A stretch of DNA of 49,027 nucleotides from a virus (lineage: Duplodnaviria; Caudoviricetes), in the IMG/VR virus record IMGVR_UViG_3300037294_000081, positions 1 through 49,027 of that record; one strand, given 5' to 3'. Under the pieces are notes generated by a model. The model did no database searches. It saw nothing but the letters and a program-made list of their open reading frames with translations, and was not told the origin of the DNA. Shown piece after piece: positions 47,666 through 49,027 of the stretch (within the stretch, counting starts at the first letter, position 1; each line of letters starts with the position of its first letter). The translations under genes and the position numbers were made by a program.

Positions 47666-48727
47666 TTAAAATAGCATACTAAAAACTAGTGCTTTATTTT
47701 TGCTTATCAATTCGCCGTTTCTTTTTGCAGTCTCTATACTGTCATTCATGAACCAAATACCAGTAGACCCAATATCGGGTTGAGCAGCATACAGCAGCAC
47801 ATTATCAGAAACATAAGCCGGCGTTGTTCCTATTCGTTCTAATTGTACTGCATAATTTGTTTGTAATTTTCCGGTACCCTGTGTGCGAATATAAATGTTG
47901 CTGTTGGTTATGCCTGCTTTTGTTGTAATTTCATTTTGTTCGTTACCGTTCCCTAACTCTAGTCCACCTACTTCTAGTCGATTTGTAAAAAATTGTCCTA
48001 TCAACTGTGAATCGATCACAATAGAAACAGCACTTTCGCCAAATGTAGAGTAGCCTGTTTGATCGGTAAAATACGCTAACGACCCAGCTTGAGTTGATAT
48101 GTTAGGACTAATCTGTTTATCCGAGATAATAACACTAGTATCTTGCGATTGAGGTGCAACAATTTGAAATGTAGGATTGTTTAAAATTGAATCATCAACA
48201 TATTTTTTATTAGGAATATCGTCGTCATGTGTTACATTTTCTTCGTAAGTAGTAGTACCAAATACCGAAACTACTCCGGTGCCTTCACCAATTAATGTTA
48301 AGTCTCCGTATCTATTTTCTAACGGAAAATTAGTATTTCTCAATGTGCTACTTGTTAAAATATTAGAAATTTTAATATTACTATTAGTATAATTAAATGG
48401 TCCAGGAGAAGCATTATTTGCAAAAATCCAAGCTGACAACGATTCATCATATAATAATGATGCCGGAGATAAATCTCCTCTATCAACTTGAATACCAGAA
48501 TATCCTAACGTTACGCCCGAGCCAGTTTCTCCAAAATTTAGTGTAATAATATTATCACTGACATCTAAGTTAGTTGCAGCGACCGACACAGTATCTCCTT
48601 GTACAATCAAGTTACCTGTTACGGTGACGGCGCCGCCGCTCGATGCTGGACCAGTGTCGAGGGTTATCTTGGCACCGGCGCCTGCTTTAATATTATAGTC
48701 ACCGTTGACTTGGAGGAATTGTCCCAT
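47666..48727 (-). CDS. Fibre-like structural protein
   Basis: V.GNL.V.G......NL.V.DNII.LN.G......SGI.VDRG module and IPNKKYVD motif. Confidence 0.75.
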   Translation of the reverse strand: MGQFLQVNGDYNIKAGAGAKITLDTGPASSGGAVTVTGNLIVQGDTVSVAATNLDVSDNIITLNFGETGSGVTLGYSGIQVDRGDLSPASLLYDESLSAWIFANNASPGPFNYTNSNIKISNILTSSTLRNTNFPLENRYGDLTLIGEGTGVVSVFGTTTYEENVTHDDDIPNKKYVDDSILNNPTFQIVAPQSQDTSVIISDKQISPNISTQAGSLAYFTDQTGYSTFGESAVSIVIDSQLIGQFFTNRLEVGGLELGNGNEQNEITTKAGITNSNIYIRTQGTGKLQTNYAVQLERIGTTPAYVSDNVLLYAAQPDIGSTGIWFMNDSIETAKRNGELISKNKALVFSMLF

Positions 48728-48741
48728 TACTATTTCCTAGA

Positions 48742-49027
48742 TTATAGTGCTGTTAACTGAATGTAATCGCTTGAAGAATCGTTTAATAGAATCCAAGTAT
48801 AACGATTGCCGCTAAAATCAGTAGCAAGACGCTTGGTGATTTTAGCAATAGGAGTCGGGGTTGATCCGTTACCGTCGAGGTAACCGTTAATTCTCATCTT
48901 GTTATTGCTATTAGGGATAGTTGCTTGTAATACACAAGTTGCTTTAGCACCAGCTTGATTGGCTACTACGAAAGTTTTTGCACCACGTTGCTTAGAAATA
49001 TAAGCATAGTTAGTTGTGATATTATAT
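48742..49027 (-). CDS. 3' end of a hypothetical gene, truncated by the window edge
   Basis: Open frame ...YISKQRGAKTFVV...RYTWILLNDSSSDYIQLTAL* ending at 48742. Confidence 0.7.
   Translation of the reverse strand, partial: YNITTNYAYISKQRGAKTFVVANQAGAKATCVLQATIPNSNNKMRINGYLDGNGSTPTPIAKITKRLATDFSGNRYTWILLNDSSSDYIQLTAL

Noticed and set aside
1-49027. Stop-codon reassignment, CRISPR arrays, tRNA or rRNA genes
   Set aside because: Standard-code ORFs tile the window densely, up to 2756 aa; no repeat-spacer array or cloverleaf was seen in the few intergenic gaps.

Overview
A 49 kb AT-rich segment of a large T4-like (myovirus-type) dsDNA phage, covering the virion morphogenesis region in the standard genetic code. 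Left part: terminase large subunit (truncated by the window edge), a probable small terminase, head-completion nuclease gp4, a tube-initiator-like gene, tail tube gp19 and an enlarged sheath gp18. These are followed by an HNH/Zn protein, dNMP kinase, divergently transcribed neck genes gp13/gp14, and a GIY-YIG endonuclease inserted at the gp14/gp15 junction. Right part (15-49 kb, all minus strand): a cluster of giant modular fibre/virion proteins, three tandem Cys/Gly-rich paralogues, and a GT9-like glycosyltransferase plus NodU/CmcH-type carbamoyltransferase under their own late promoter. Most notable observations: (1) the endonuclease appears to have captured the gp15 start codon, leaving gp15 with an SD-hairpin-AUC initiation site; (2) six phycobiliprotein-like Cys-x-Arg-Asp domains in three giant virion proteins; (3) a candidate virion-protein modification module; (4) nine genes with an exact TAA(A/G)TA-N5-ATG layout, implying leaderless late mRNAs; (5) a structured 5' UTR that can sequester its own SD. 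Functional calls come from motif recognition by eye; no searches were run.
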